This document shows, piece after piece, positions 12,310 to 25,065 of a stretch of DNA of 64,000 nucleotides. The DNA comes from Centroscyllium fabricii (lineage: Eukaryota): contig JBNRSN020000033.1 in assembly GCA_051313645.2 (NCBI GenBank), positions 39,246,001-39,310,000 of the forward strand, read 5' to 3'. The notes under the pieces are model-generated. The model was not told where the DNA came from, made no database searches, and saw only the letters and a program-made list of their open reading frames with translations. The translations under genes and the position numbers were made by a program. The first letter of the stretch is position 1. Each line of letters starts with the position of its first letter.

Positions 12310-12930
12310 TTCCGACAGTGCAATGCTCCCTCAGTACTGCCCCTCCAACAGTGCAGCACTCCCTCAGTACTGCCCCTCCGACAGTGCGGCGCTCCCTCAG
12401 TACTGCCCCTCCGACAGTGCGGCACTCCCTCAGTACTGTCCCTCCAACAGTGCGGCGCTCCCTCAGTACTGCCCCTCCGACAATGCGGCGCTCCCTCAGT
12501 ACTGCTCCTCTGACAGTGCGGCACTCCCTCAGTACTGCCCCTCCGACAGTGCGGCACTCCCTCAGTACTGCCCCTCCGACAGTGCAGCGCTCCCTCAGTA
12601 CTGCCCCTCCGACAGTGCGGCACTCCCTCAGTACTGCCCCTCCGACAGTGCAGCGCTCCCTCAGTACTGCCCCTCCGACAGTGCGGCACTCCCTCAGTAC
12701 TGCCCCTCCGACAGTGCAGCGCTCCCTCAGTACTGCCCCTCCGACAGTGCGGCACTCCCTCAGTACTGCCCCTCCGACAGAGCAGCGCTCCCTCAGTACT
12801 GCCCCTCCGACAGTGCGGCACTCCCTCAGTACTGCCCCACCAACAGTGTGGCACCCCCTCAGTACTGCCCCTCCGACAGTGCGGCACTCCCTCAGTACGA
12901 CCCCTCCGACAGTGCGGCACTCCCTCAGTA
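12310..12930. repeat. 33-bp minisatellite, about 19 copies
   Basis: Unit CCCCTCCGACAGTGCGGCACTCCCTCAGTACTG; gives the 11-aa repeat ORF (PSDSAALPQYC)n. Confidence 0.95.
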
Positions 12931-13040
12931 GTGCACTGGTATATTAGACTGGATTCTGTGCTCAAATCTCCGGAGTGGGAACTTGAACACACGACCTTCT
13001 GGCTCAAAGTTGCGAGTGCTACCCCCTGAGCTAAGCTGAT
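12931..13040 (-). mobile_element. tRNA-derived SINE head (Deu-SINE-like) running into the 33-bp array
   Basis: Minus strand GCTTAGCTCAGGGGGTAGCAC (A box) and GTTCAAGT (B box). Confidence 0.65.
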
Positions 13041-13769
13041 GTACATCGTGCTCGAAGGTTTCCACTCAAGCGTGGGTATTGAGTATTCAGAGAGTTGAAC
13101 CAGCTCCAGCCCAGACATCTCCCAACAAAAACCTGCCTGATTCAGTCATGTTTCTTCTAGAAATATGGAATTTCAATGGACCATACCCTTTGCCGTTCAC
13201 TTCCATGGTGTAGCATTGTTGAGGATAAAGCAGTAAGCCCATTGCTAAGCTGCACGGAGCGATGGCGGCATGTCTTAGATATTTAATCCAATTAGCGTAA
13301 AATATGATTTTAGTTATTCCAAGTCAAGTGGAGGTGCGGAATGAATGACTAAATGTGCGGGTCTGACGTGCAGACAGGATGTTTCTGGTATGCGCTGTAT
13401 TGAAATTATTTCTGGAGCGTGGACTATCCTGGCCAACTGGTTGAGAATTTATTAGACTATGGAGAGTTCCTGACAGTACCAACTCAAATAAATCTGCCCA
13501 TTTATCGTAAATTTATGTTTTAGAAATGAGTTTATTATGTCGATCTAAATATACTAGTTAATAATGTGGCTCAAGTGGCTGTTTAATTGCTCGGCAACAA
13601 TTGCGAAAGGTAATAGCCGATTATACGGTTGAAGATCCATCATAACTCGCAGCTAACTGCTAAGCCAGTGGCCACACCTCGCTTCATTGGGTTTCTTCGG
13701 CTTTTCGCTTCCTCTTTATTTTCCCCTTCATTTCTCCATTCCTCTCCTGAAGACCTGATTCTTGCTGGG

Positions 13770-16700
13770 GTCATAGAGTCATAGAGTCATAGCGTAATAC
13801 AGCACAGAACGAGGCCCTTTGGCCCATCGCGTCCATGCCGCCCATCAATCCCAGTCTATACTAGTCCCATTTTCCCGCATTTGGTCCATAGCCTTGTATG
13901 CTGTGGGTTTTCAAGTGCTCATCTAAATGCTTTTTGAATGTTGTGAGGGTTCCCGCCTCTACCACCCTCTCAGGCAGTGAGTTCCAGACTCCAACCACCC
14001 TCTGGGTGAAATAGTTCTTCCTCACATCCCCACGATACCTCCTGCCCCTTACCCTGAAATTATGCCCCCTAGTTATTGACCCCTCAACCAAGGGAAAAAG
14101 TTCCACTCCATCCACCCTATCTATTCCCCTCATAATTTTGTACACCTCAATCAGGTCTCCCCTCAGCCTTCTCTGCTCCAAGGAAAACAACCCCAGCCTC
14201 TTCAGTCTCTCTTCATAGCTGAAGTTCCCCAGCCCAGTCAGCATCCTGGTGAATCTCCTCTGCACCCTCTCCAAAGCTATTACATTCTTCCAATAGAGTG
14301 GCGACCAGAACTGCACACAGTACTCCAGCTGTGGTCTTACCAGCGTTTTGTACAGCTCCATCATAACCTCCCTGCTCTTATATGCTATGCCTCGGCTAAT
14401 GAAGGCAAGTATCCCATATGCCTTTTTAACCACCTTATCTACCTGCCCTGCTGCCTTCAGGGACCTATGTACCTGCACACCATGGTCCCTCTGATCCTCT
14501 GTCCTCCCTAGCGTCCTACCATTCATTGTGTACTCCGTTGCCATGTTAGACCTACCGAAATGCATCACCTCACACTTTTCAGGATTAAATTCCATTTGCC
14601 ACTGTTCCGCCCATTTTACCAACTCATCTATGTCTTCCTGCATGTTGCGGATTTCCTCCTCGTTACTTACCAACCCCCCAACTTTTGTGTCATTTGCAAA
14701 CTTACTGATCATGCCTTTTACATTAATATCTAAATCATTAATATAGACTACAAACAGCAAGGGACGGCACGGTGGCATAGTGGTTAGCACTGTTGCCTCA
14801 CAGCTCTGGAGACCCGGATTCAAGTCCAGCCTTGGGTACTATCTGTGTGGAGTTTGCACATTCTCCCCGTGTCTGCGTGGGTTTCCTCCGGGTGCTCCGG
14901 TTTCCTCCCACAGTCCAAAGATGTGCGGGTTAGGCTGATTGGTCATGATAAACTGACCCTTAGTGTTAGGGGGATTGAATATGTGGGGTTACGGGGATAG
15001 GGTGGGATATGTGTCGGTGCAGGCTCGATAGGGATCGAGCGATATGGGGAGAGGGCAGGGACAGGGTACTGGGTTTGGATAATCAGCCATGATCACATTG
15101 AATGGCGGAGCAGGCTCGAAGGGCCGAATGGCCTACTCCTGCTCCTATCTTCTATGTTTCTATGACCCAACACCGATCCCTGCGGTACCCCACTTGACAC
15201 AGGCTTCCAGTCACAAAAACAACCTTTGACCATCACCCTCTGCCTCCTGTCACAAAGCTAGTTTTGGATCCACTGTGCCAAGGTGCCCTGGATCCCATGG
15301 GCGCTTACCTTCTTGACTAGTCTCCTGTGCGGGACCTTATCAAAAGCCTTACTAAAATCCATGTATACCACATCCACTGCACTACCCTCATCCACACACC
15401 TGGTCACCCCTTCAAAAAATTCAATCAAATTAGTCAGACACAATTTTCCCTTGACGAAGCCATGCTGACTATCTTTAATTAATCCTTGCCTCTCCAAGTG
15501 GAGACTAATTCTGTCCCTCAGGATTCTTTCTAGTCATTTCCCCACCACTGATGTCAGGCTCACCGGCCTGTAATTCCCTGATTTATCCCTACTACCTTTC
15601 TTGAATAATGACACTACATTGGCCATTCTCCAGTCCTCCGGCACATCCCCTCTGGCCAGAGAGGTTCTGAAAATTTGTGTCAGAGCCCCTGCAATCTCTT
15701 CCTTAGCCTCACCCAGCAGACTGGGATACATCTCGTCAGGGCCTGGAGACTTATCCACTTTTAAGCCTGCTAAAACCGCTAGTACCTCCTCCCTGTCAAT
15801 ACTAATATGATCAAGTGTATCGCATTCCTCCTGTCTTATTTCAATGTCCACATCGCCCTTCTCCACAGTGAACACAGATGCAAAAAATTCATTCAAAACC
15901 CCACCTACATCCTCTGGCTCTTCACACAGATTCCCACTTTGGTCCCTAATGGGCCCCACCCTTTCCCTCGTTATCCTCTTGCCCTTAATATATTTATAAA
16001 ACATCTGAAGATTTTCTTTTATTTTGCCCGCCAGGGTTATCTCATGGCCCCTCTTCGCTCTCCTAATTTCTTTTTTAAGTACCCCCCCCTGCACCTTCTA
16101 TACTCCTCTGGAGCCTCCTCTGTCTTTAGTTCTTTATGTCTGCCAAAAGTCCCCCTTTTTTTCCGAATCAATTCACGTATATCCCTTGACATCCAAGGTT
16201 CCCTGGGCTTATTGGTCCCACCCTTGACCTTACGGGGAACATGTTTCCCTTGCACTTTCTCAATTTCCTTTCTGAATGCCTCCCACTGTTCTGATGCGGA
16301 CTTTCCTTCGAGTAGCTGGCCCCAGTCCACTTGGGCCAGCTCCTGCCTTATCATATTAAAATCGGCCTTGCCCCAATTTAGAACCTTTATTTCTGGTCCA
16401 TCTTTGTCCTTTTCCATTACTACCTTAAATATTACCGAATTATGGTCACTGTCCCCAAAGTGCTCTGCTACTGACATTTCTTCCACTTGCCCGTCCTCAT
16501 TTCCCAGAATTAAGTCTAATACCGCCCCCTCCCTTGTAGGACTTCCTACATACTGGCTCAAAAAGCTCTCCTGGATGCACTTTAAGAATTCTGCACCCTC
16601 TAAGCCCTTCACACTTTGGCTATCCCAGTCAATATTGGGAAAATTGAAATCCCCTACTATTACTACCCTATTATTTCCACACTTCTCTGAGATTTGCTTG

Positions 16701-16845
16701 AAAATCTGTTCCTCTATTTCCCTCTGACTGTTTGGGGGTCTGTAGTATACTCCCAGTAATGTGCTTGCCCCCTTCTTATTTTTAAGTTCCACCCAAATAG
16801 CCTCATTAGAGGACCCTGCCAATATATCATCCCTTCTTACAGGGG
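13770..16845 (-). mobile_element. CR1 LINE ORF2 (APE endonuclease plus RT), 5' truncated, with a SINE inserted
   Basis: [50 protein letters not shown]; (CTATGACT)n tail. Confidence 0.92.
14761..15164 (+). mobile_element. V-SINE (HE1-like) inside CR1
   Basis: Full head, V-domain and tail. Confidence 0.9.
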
Positions 16846-17194
16846 TGTTGTTCCATTGACAAATCCTCCTGTGCCTCACACAAGGGCCCACCGAGGTGCC
16901 AAAGCCTGAGCGACTGCGAGCAGGAGGAGGAATCGCAGCTGGCAGCAACCCAACATCTGGACACTACGGCCGCGATTTTGTCCTCGGTGTCGGGATGGGT
17001 GCGGGTTAGCTTGTTAGCGGGTTCCAGTCCCCCCCCCGCCCCCCCACCCCTCGAGCTGCCTCCGCTCCACAGACGTGATTTTCCCTGGATTGACCTTGTT
17101 AAGCCCCGCCCTGCAGGCTTGCCAGCCAATTAACAGGAAGCGGGCCTGATGACATCATTTGATGATACGTCATCTGCTGGTTTCCTTAAAGGGG

Positions 17195-17870
17195 TGTCCG
17201 ATGACATGGTGGCGCAGTGGTTAGCACTGCTGCCTCGCAATAAGGAGCTCCTGGGTTCGAATCCTGCTTGGCCCGGGACCTCTCTGCGTGGAGTTTGCAT
17301 GTTCTCCCCGTGTTTGTGTGAGTTTCCTCCGGGTACTCCGGTTTCCTCCCACCACCCAAAGACATGCAGATTAGGTGAATTGGAGATACTAAAAATTACC
17401 CATGAGTATGTGTGTGAGATATAGTTCTTAGAGTTGGGGGAGTCGGGGGATATGGGGAGAGGGTCGGAGGGGGTGCTGGGTTTGGATGAGAGAAACATAG
17501 AAACATAGAAGATAGGAGCAGGAGTAGGCCATTCGGCCCTTCGAGCCTGCTCCGCCATTCAATGAGATCATGGCTGATCATCCAAATCCAGTACCCTGCC
17601 CCTGCCCTCTCCTCATATCCCTATCGAGCCTGCACCGACACACATCCCACCCTATCCCCGTAACCCCACATATTCAATCCCCCTAACACTAAGGGTCAAT
17701 TTATCCTGGCCAATCAACCTAACCCGCACATCTTTGGACTGTGGGAGGAAACCGGCACACCCGGAGGAAACCCACGCAGACATGGGGAGAATGTGCAAAC
17801 TCTGATCAAAATGGCGAAGCAGGCTCGAAGGGCCGAATGGCCTACTCCTGCTCCTATCTTCTGTGTTCTG
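17195..17870. mobile_element. Variant V-SINE (plus) with an HE1-like SINE inserted in it (minus, about 17493-17800)
   Basis: Two SINE bodies in opposite orientation; the plus-strand tail resumes at about 17803. Confidence 0.8.
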
Positions 17871-18224
17871 TGACCACGCACAATTTTATTTTGACAGTTG
17901 ATTTCTCAGTGTTTGACAGCATTGAGGTGCTGAAAACACTGACAATCACAGCACAAAGGTGAACCCGTTCACCCAGGCTCTCCAATGACTCCCTCCATAT
18001 GCTGGAATAGATTGCAGCTGTAGGTGAGATGACACAAGCGATCTATCACTGGCTCTCCCAATGAGGTGGCATTGGACATGGATTTAAAAACTTGTAAGCT
18101 AAAGAAATCTGTAGATGTACTAAAAATGCAACACACAATATTTTCTTTGCTCTGAAACTCACCATGTAGAACATTGAATCCTTCACACCACTTCTGCAGC
18201 TGTCATCTTTTCACAAACATTACA

Positions 18225-18880
18225 CCAGACTCCTCGTGGAGCTGATCCTGGGCCTGGTCAAGGTGCCCATAAACAGGTCCAGGCAGTGGGCTGTCGAGGG
18301 GGTCATTCGGCTCGACTGGGCGGCACGGTGGCATAGTGGTTAGCACTGTTGCCTCACAGCACTAGAGACCCGGGTTCAAATCCAGCCTCGGGTGACTATC
18401 TGTGTGGAGTTTGCACATTCTCCCCGTGTCTGCGTGGGTTTCCTCCGGGTGCTCCGGTTTCCTCCCACAGTCCAAAGATGTGCGGGTTAGGTTGATTGGC
18501 CATGATAAATTGACCCTTAGTGTTAGGGGGATTGAATGTGTGGGGTTACGGGGATAGGGTGGGATATGTGTCTGTGCAGGCTCGATAGGGATCGAGGGAT
18601 ATGGGGAGAAGGCAGGGATAGGGTGCTGGGTTTGGATGATCAGCCATGATCTCATTGAATGGCGGAGCAGGCTCGAAGGGCCGAATGGCCGACTCCTGCT
18701 CCTATCTTCTATGTTTCTATGACTGCCTACCTCTCTTCCGCGGCCACATTAATGGCTGGGTGGCCCTGGGGATGGAGCACGTGGTGTCCGCTGGCCACTC
18801 GCGGCCTTTCGCCACCGGTGGGCTCCGCAGGGACTGGAGTGCATCATTACCACCGGCCAACACAAGTTTAATTTAAGTTG
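18225..18880 (+). mobile_element. Tx1/L1-like LINE ORF2 C-terminal fragment interrupted by a SINE
   Basis: LILGLVKVPINRSRQ...DCLPLFRGHINGWVALGMEH resembles the Tx1 ORF2 C-terminus. Confidence 0.55.
18319..18720 (+). mobile_element. V-SINE (HE1-like) with TSD GACTG
   Basis: GACTG at 18314-18318 and 18721-18725. Confidence 0.9.
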
Positions 18881-19209
18881 TTAAGTTTCCTGTAATGTTT
18901 CATTAGTTACAGGTTATTTGTTTTAGTGCATCCAACCAAACGAGTACACCAGAGTCACAACACGTCACACTTACCCGGCATGTTGTCCGGACATCGGGAA
19001 ACCCAACTCAGAAGCGGGAAAATCCAAAAACAGGCTGAAAACGACTGGCAAGTACCTGTTAATAGGCAGTTAATTGCCTTTAATCCGTTTCCCGCTGTTA
19101 GGTGTCGGGTCCATTCGCAAATCAGGAAAGCTGTTTGGAGGCGGGTTGACGGCGGGTACAGAACTTTTGACCCGCCTCTCTGAGCGCCAACAAAATCGCG
19201 GCCCAACTC

Positions 19210-19330
19210 TTTCACTAGAAAGTGATCGAGAAGGGAACCCTGGCTGATTTTCACTGGATAGTGATCGAGAAGGGAACCCTGGCTGATTTTCACTGGATAG
19301 TGATCGAGAAGGGAAACCAGGCTAATTTTC
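19210..19330. repeat. About 39-bp tandem repeat, 3 copies
   Basis: ACTGGATAGTGATCGAGAAGGGAACCCTGGCTGATTTTC. Confidence 0.85.
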
Positions 19331-19744
19331 TCTTTTCTAGCCCAGCGTTGCAGTAACCAATTGTAGGTCGAGTGAGAGCCTGGTTCAGGTGAGGTAGCCC
19401 AGTTCAGACCCGGGCTTGAACCTGTGACCTTGCTGCGCTCTACAGCTCATCAGGAGGGAGACTTAACATAAGAACAGAAGAAATAGGAGCAGGAGTTGGC
19501 CAATCGGCCCCTCGAGCCTGCTCCTCCATTGAATAAGATCATGGCTGATCTGATCCTAACCTCAAATCTACTTTCACTCTCCATCCCGCCCAAACCCATG
19601 TGATCTCCCGGGAGAGATGAAAAACCAGATAAAAAACTCAGTGGCCAATTTGGGAGAAAAAATCTGGGAAATTCCTCTCCGACCCATCTAGGCGATCGAA
19701 AACTGGTCCAGGAGATCACATGGCCGATCTGAACCTAGCCTCAC

Positions 19745-20046
19745 TGTGGTAAACCACAATACTGTTTACCACTGTGTTATCTACTGTTGTATATAGTTAC
19801 CTGTTACACTACTGTTTACTACCATGTTAGTTAATGTTGCACATAGTTACTTGTAATACCGTTCGCCACCTCGGTGGACTCGGTCAGCTCTGGCTCCACC
19901 CGCATGATGAGTATAAAGGCAGCTGCTTGCTGGCCTTCTCCATTTTCTCCAGGACTCGACTGTGGAAGGAGCCGGGCTCAGTTCTCTGCTAATAAAAGCC
20001 TTCGTTGTACCTCAACCAGTCTTTGAGTATAATTGATCATGCATCA
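19745..20046 (+). mobile_element. Solo LTR
   Basis: TGTGGTAAAC...GCATCA, TATAAA and AATAAA inside, TSD CTCAC. Confidence 0.85.
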
Positions 20047-20108
20047 CTCACATCCACTTACCAGCCCGTTCACCGTAACCCCTAATTCCCTTTACTTCTA
20101 GGAAACTG

Positions 20109-20174
20109 CAAAAAGTCACACAACACCAGGTTTAAAGTCCAACGTTTTATTTTAAATCACAAGCTTTCGGAGCT
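20109..20174 (-). mobile_element. 66-bp family 2 (Penelope-like) 3' terminus with 13-bp TSD
   Basis: TSD TTCTAGGAAACTG at 20096-20108 and 20175-20187; matches about 53864-53927. Confidence 0.8.
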
Positions 20175-20699
20175 TTCTAGGAAACTGTCTATCTCTGTTT
20201 TAAATTTATTCAATGTAGTAGCTTCCACAGCTCTCTGGGGCAGCAAATTCCACAGCCCCACCACCCTCTGAGTGAAGAAGTTTCTCCTCATCTCAGTTTT
20301 GAAAGGGCAGCCCCTTATTTTAAGATTATGCCCCCTAGTCCTAGTTTCACCCACCATTGGGAACATCCTCACCGCATCCACCCGATCAAGCCCTCTCACA
20401 ATCTTATGTTTCAATAAGATCGCCTCTCATTCTTCTGAACTCCAACGAGTAGAGGCCCAACCACAAGCCTTTGGAGAGCTCGGATAATAATGTTTCCAAA
20501 TATTGCCTCCAGTTTAAGATTCTCAACCTTGTGTTTAACTCCCCTCATAAGAACATAAGCAATAGGAGCAGGAGTTGGCCCTTCGGCCCCTCGAGCCTGC
20601 TCCACCCTTCAATAAGATCATGGCTGATATGATCTTGGCCTCAGCACCACTTTCCTGCCCGATCCCCATAACCCTTGACTCCCCCATAGCAGGAAACAC

Positions 20700-21575
20700 A
20701 AAAAGTTAATATGCAGGTGCAGCAGGTGGTCAGGAAGGCCAACGGAATGTTGGCTTTTATTGCTAAGGGGATTGAGTATAAAAGCAGGGAGGTCTTGCTG
20801 CAGTTGTACAGGGTATTGGTGAGACCACACCTGGAATACTGCGTGCAGTTCTGGTATCCATATTTAAGAAAGGACATACTTGCTCTCGAGGCAGTGCAAA
20901 GAAGGTTCACTAGGTTAATTCCAGGGATGAGGGGGCTAACATATGACGAGAGGTTGAGTAGATTGGGCCTCTACTCATTGGAGTTCAGAAGAATGAGAGG
21001 CGATCTTATTGAAACATATAAGATTGTGAGAGGGCTTGATCGGGTGGATGCAGTGAGGATGTTCCCAATGGTGGGTGAAACTAGGACTAGGGGGCATAAT
21101 CTTAAAATAAGGGGCTACCATTTCAAAACTGAGATGAGGAGAAACTTCTTCACTCAGAGGGTGGTGGGGCTGTGGAATTTGCTGCCCCAGAGAGCTGTGC
21201 AAGCTACTACATTGAATAAATTTAAAACAGAGATAGACAGTTTCCTGGAAGTAAAGGGAATTAGGGGTTATGGTGAGCGGGCAGGTAAGTGGACGTGAGG
21301 CTAGGTTCAGATCGGCCGTGTGATCTCCTGGACTAGTTTTCGATCGCCTAGATGGGTCGGAGAGGAATTTCCCAGATTTTTTCTCCCAAATTGGCCACTG
21401 GGTTTTTAATCTGTTTTTTTGCCTCTCCCGGGAGATCACATGGGTTTGGGCGGGATGGAGAGTAAAAATAAAATTGAGGTTAGGATCAGATCAGCCATGA
21501 TCTTGTTAAATGGCGGAGCAGGCTCGAGGGGCCGATTGGCCGACTCCTGCTCCTATTTCTTACGTTCTTATGTTC
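20700..21575 (+). mobile_element. CR1 LINE 3' portion
   Basis: ORF 20711-21298 is the CR1 RT C-terminus, followed by 3' UTR and tail. Confidence 0.9.
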
Positions 21576-22044
21576 TTAAATGTCTGTCTATCTCTGCCTT
21601 AAATATATTTAATGACCCAGCCTCCACAGCTCTCTGGGGTAGAGAATTCCAAATATTCACAACCCTCTGAGAAGAAATTCCTCCTCATCTGGTCTTAAGT
21701 GGATGACCCCTTAGTCTGAAACTATGCCCCCTCCCTATATCTGTAACCTTCTCCAGCCCCACAACCTTCCCCTGTGTTCCTCTGACTGGCCTTCTATTGC
21801 ATATCCCTCTTAACTCCCCCCAGCACTGGCAGCCGTGCCTTCAGCCTTCTAGGCCCCACGCTCTGGAATCCCTTCCATCTCTCCGCTCCCGTCACCTCCG
21901 TTGAGGCCCTTCATAAAACCCCATTCTTTGACCAAGCTTTTGGTTATCTGTGCTAATATCTCTTCCTTGGGCTTGGCAAACTATTTCTGTGCCTTGGGAC
22001 TTTTTTTTTAACATTAAAGGCGCCATATAAATGCAAGTTGTTAG

Positions 22045-22575
22045 AAACAGAGAAACATCGAAGATCGGAGCAGGAGTCGGCCATTCGGCCCCTCGAGCCT
22101 GCTCCGCATTCAATGAGATCATGGCTGATCATCCAAACTCAGTACCCTGTCCCTGCCTTCTCCCCATATCCCTTGATCCCTTTAGCCTTAAGAAATACAT
22201 CCAGCTCCTTCTTGAATATATTCAATGAACTAGCCTCCACCGCCCTCTGTGGCAGAGAATTCCACAGGTTCACCACTCCCTGGGTGAAGAAATTCCCCCT
22301 CATCTCTGTCCTAAATGAGTTACCTCTTATCCTTAGACTGTGACCCCTGGTTCTGGACTCTCCGATCATCGGGAACATTCTTCCTGCATCTAGTTTGTCC
22401 AGACCAGTTAGAATTTTATACGTTTCGATGAGATCCCCTCTCAATCTTCTAAACTCCAGAGAGTACAAACCCACTCTACCCAGTCTCTCCTCATACGTCA
22501 TTCCTGCCATCCCAGGTATCAGCCTGGTGAATCTTCTCTGCACTCCCTCCATGGCAAGAACGTCCTTCCTCAGAC
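22045..22575 (-). mobile_element. CR1 LINE 3' fragment
   Basis: ORF 22139-22552. Confidence 0.9.
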
Positions 22576-23298
22576 ACTTTAAAAAAAATTAAAAATCAAA
22601 CTCCCTCCACCAACACAACCACTTCCTGAAGGTCATTGTGAGACGGAGGAGTGGTTTGGCATGATTCATTCCCTGACCGTCTGTTGCAATGGCTCTGAGG
22701 TGGTAGCGCTGGCTCGAAGACAATCTGTTCTTAATACCCTGTTGGCGAAGGCTGTGTTCCCCATGAGGGGCCCTTGCAAACTCAACGCCGCCGTATTGTT
22801 TCAGAGCTAACAGTGGCAGAGATCAGGTGAAGTTTTACAGTGGGGCGGGCAGGGGGAGATGAAACTGGCTGTTATAAACTGCCTATGCTTCACTCAATTA
22901 GATTGCAGCCTGGAAGCTCTCACAGGTACCTATTTATCTCTATATGACATGCAGCACTGCACCATCTGGTGTGTGTGTGCGCAAGTCAGGGAGATAAGCT
23001 TGGCTCTGCTGGTGTGCAATTACTATTAATTACTTCTGTCTGTGTGTAATGCCTCGCACAAATTTAATATGCTCGGAGTTCAAGAGATAACTTTATACCC
23101 AGCGAACTTTAAAAAGAAAACTTTTAATAATGCAAGCACTAATTAATAATTAAAGCCAGTTCAGAAAAACAAATTCGCCCAAACAATGAGCTGCTTCACT
23201 CGGAATTCCCTCCTGGGCAACATTAGCATTGTCAATGATCAGGGTTCCGCTGCTGCTGACACCTGAACGGATAGCACGAGGCAGGCACCAGAATCAAT

Positions 23299-24046
23299 GG
23301 TGGTGATTTTCCCGATTTGGCGGGTTTTGGTCGGGTCGGGTTTCTGGCCCGCCCGCCCAAGGGCCTGGGAACCCCATGCAAATTTGGCTTAACTGGCCAA
23401 TTAATTCCTCGCCTGTCAGAGCCGATTCGAAAACACACTTTCCAGTCAGAAAACGTCAGGAGCAGTGAATGATTTTGTCTCATTGTCGGCCTTTTGATTG
23501 ACAGCTTTGAAGTGGCTGGATACTCACACACTGTTTGCACAGTCCTTTGTGAATCACAAAGGACTGTGCAAATAGAGTGCTAACCACAGAAGAGTTAATT
23601 GACAGCTGTGAGGACGCGCTGGGATTCTCACAGAAAGGAGCAGTTCGGTATCGAAAGCATCTAATAGGTAAGTTCCTGAAAGGTGTTTCACACAGCTGAT
23701 TTTGACTCCCCAGGAAACAGTTGCACCTCCAGGGCGTTGAAGGCCTGGGAGACATTCTTCTCTAGGTGCTTCAATGCCTTGAAGGTGAAAGTGAAGAAAC
23801 AGAATAGTGTTCCCGCCAGGTTTCACTGGTGGGGTTTCCCAACGGTGCAGAATGGGTCTGAAACGCTTGAAAATTGTGAGGGGCCCTTAAAATGGGATTA
23901 CCAATGCCAACTAAGGGCCCCTAAAGAGCACAGCGATCAGTCCCACCGGTGTCGGGCGGGAAAGATTCGGGGCGGGAACACAGGCCAGCGGAAAATTGCA
24001 AATCGGCAGGGATCCCGTCCTCACGGACCCAGCAAAATTCCCCCCA
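23299..24046. mobile_element. MITE family A
   Basis: GGTGGTGATTTTCC...AAAATTCCCCCC ends; inverted relative to 24204-25015. Confidence 0.7.
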
Positions 24047-24203
24047 GTTTTCCCCCATTTGTTTGTATATTTTTCTCTCACATGGCAGCTGTCGATCATT
24101 CTGCCATTTACACTTCATCTCGAGCCATCTTTTGTTCCTTCACTGGTCCCATTACCATCTCCTTTTGCCTTGCACCATCTCTTAATCTCTCTTAATGTCT
24201 CTT

Positions 24204-25015
24204 GGGGGAGATTTTCGGAGGGCTGTGAGGGTGGGTTTCCAGTGGGGTGGGGCTTAAAATCCCGAAACCGAGGGGTCCCGACTCCTCGCGCTGGATCCCC
24301 GCTGCTTTGCGGTTTTTGGGCGGTGTGTCCAGCCAACCCGAATCTTTCCCGCCCGCCACCGGCGGGGTTGATCGTTGAGGTAATTAGGGGCCCTTAATTG
24401 ACATGGGTAATCCCATTTTAAGGGCCCCTCGTGATTTTTAAGGCCTTCCCACCCATTCCCCGCCATCCTGAAACCCCGCCGTTGAAAGCTAGCGGAATCT
24501 CAGTCGCCTTGGTCACTTTCACCTTCAAGGCATTGAAGGACCTACAGCAGAATGCCTTCCAGGCCTTCAACACCCTGGAGGTGTAAGTGACTCCCTTGGG
24601 TGAAGACCGGCTGTGGAGAAAACACTGAAAATATTTACCTTGACAGATGCTGCACTGCTTCATAGAGAGACAGCCCCTCACTGTGAGAGCTTTCCAGTGA
24701 GTCCTTAGACCTGTCACTCAACCCACTTGGGCTTTGAGATTGGTTGCACTCCATTGTGATGTCACAATGGACTGTTTCCATGGAAACTAACATCACACAG
24801 TCCCTAAAACTGCCAATCAAACCTTCGGCTGTCAACTGCAGGCGGCTGCTTTCCGACTGGAAACTAAGTATTGGCAGGGGCTTCCCACACAGAAGCAATT
24901 AATTGGCCAATTAAGCCAAAATTGTGTGGGGTTCCCAGGCCCTCAAACATTCATGTCAGAAAACTGACATGCCCAAAACCCGCCAGCTTCCCACACCTTT
25001 GCGAAAATCCCCCCC
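24204..25015. mobile_element. MITE family A
   Basis: TIR GGGGGAGATTTTC / GAAAATCCCCCC, probable 3-bp TSD CTT. Confidence 0.8.
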
Positions 25016-25065
25016 TTAACCTCTCCTGCCTTCCATCCTATCACAGACATTCCCTTTTGTTCTTT

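Larger units (their letters stand above)
16968..19203. mobile_element. Harbinger-like non-autonomous element carrying nested SINE and LINE inserts
   Basis: Perfect 14-bp TIR GGCCGCGATTTTGT / ACAAAATCGCGGCC; possible Myb/SANT remnant RSPRLSNDSLHML at about 17966; no clear TSD. Confidence 0.5.
19466..20460 (-). mobile_element. CR1 3' end (long 3' UTR subfamily) with nested solo LTR and 66-bp insert
   Basis: VRGLDRVDAVRMFPMVGETRTRGHNLKIRG; inverted twin of about 20970-21575. Confidence 0.85.

Noticed and set aside
12310-12930. CRISPR-like array or repeat-protein gene
   Set aside because: Units are head-to-tail with no unique spacers, there are no cas genes and the context is eukaryotic; the ORFs result from the 33-nt period
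15807-16727. Long antisense ORFs over CR1 and Gypsy coding regions
   Set aside because: Shadow ORFs opposite retroelement coding sequence with no independent support
18319-18400. tRNA genes at SINE heads
   Set aside because: tRNA-like A and B boxes are fused to V-domain and LINE tails and repeated many times, so these are SINEs
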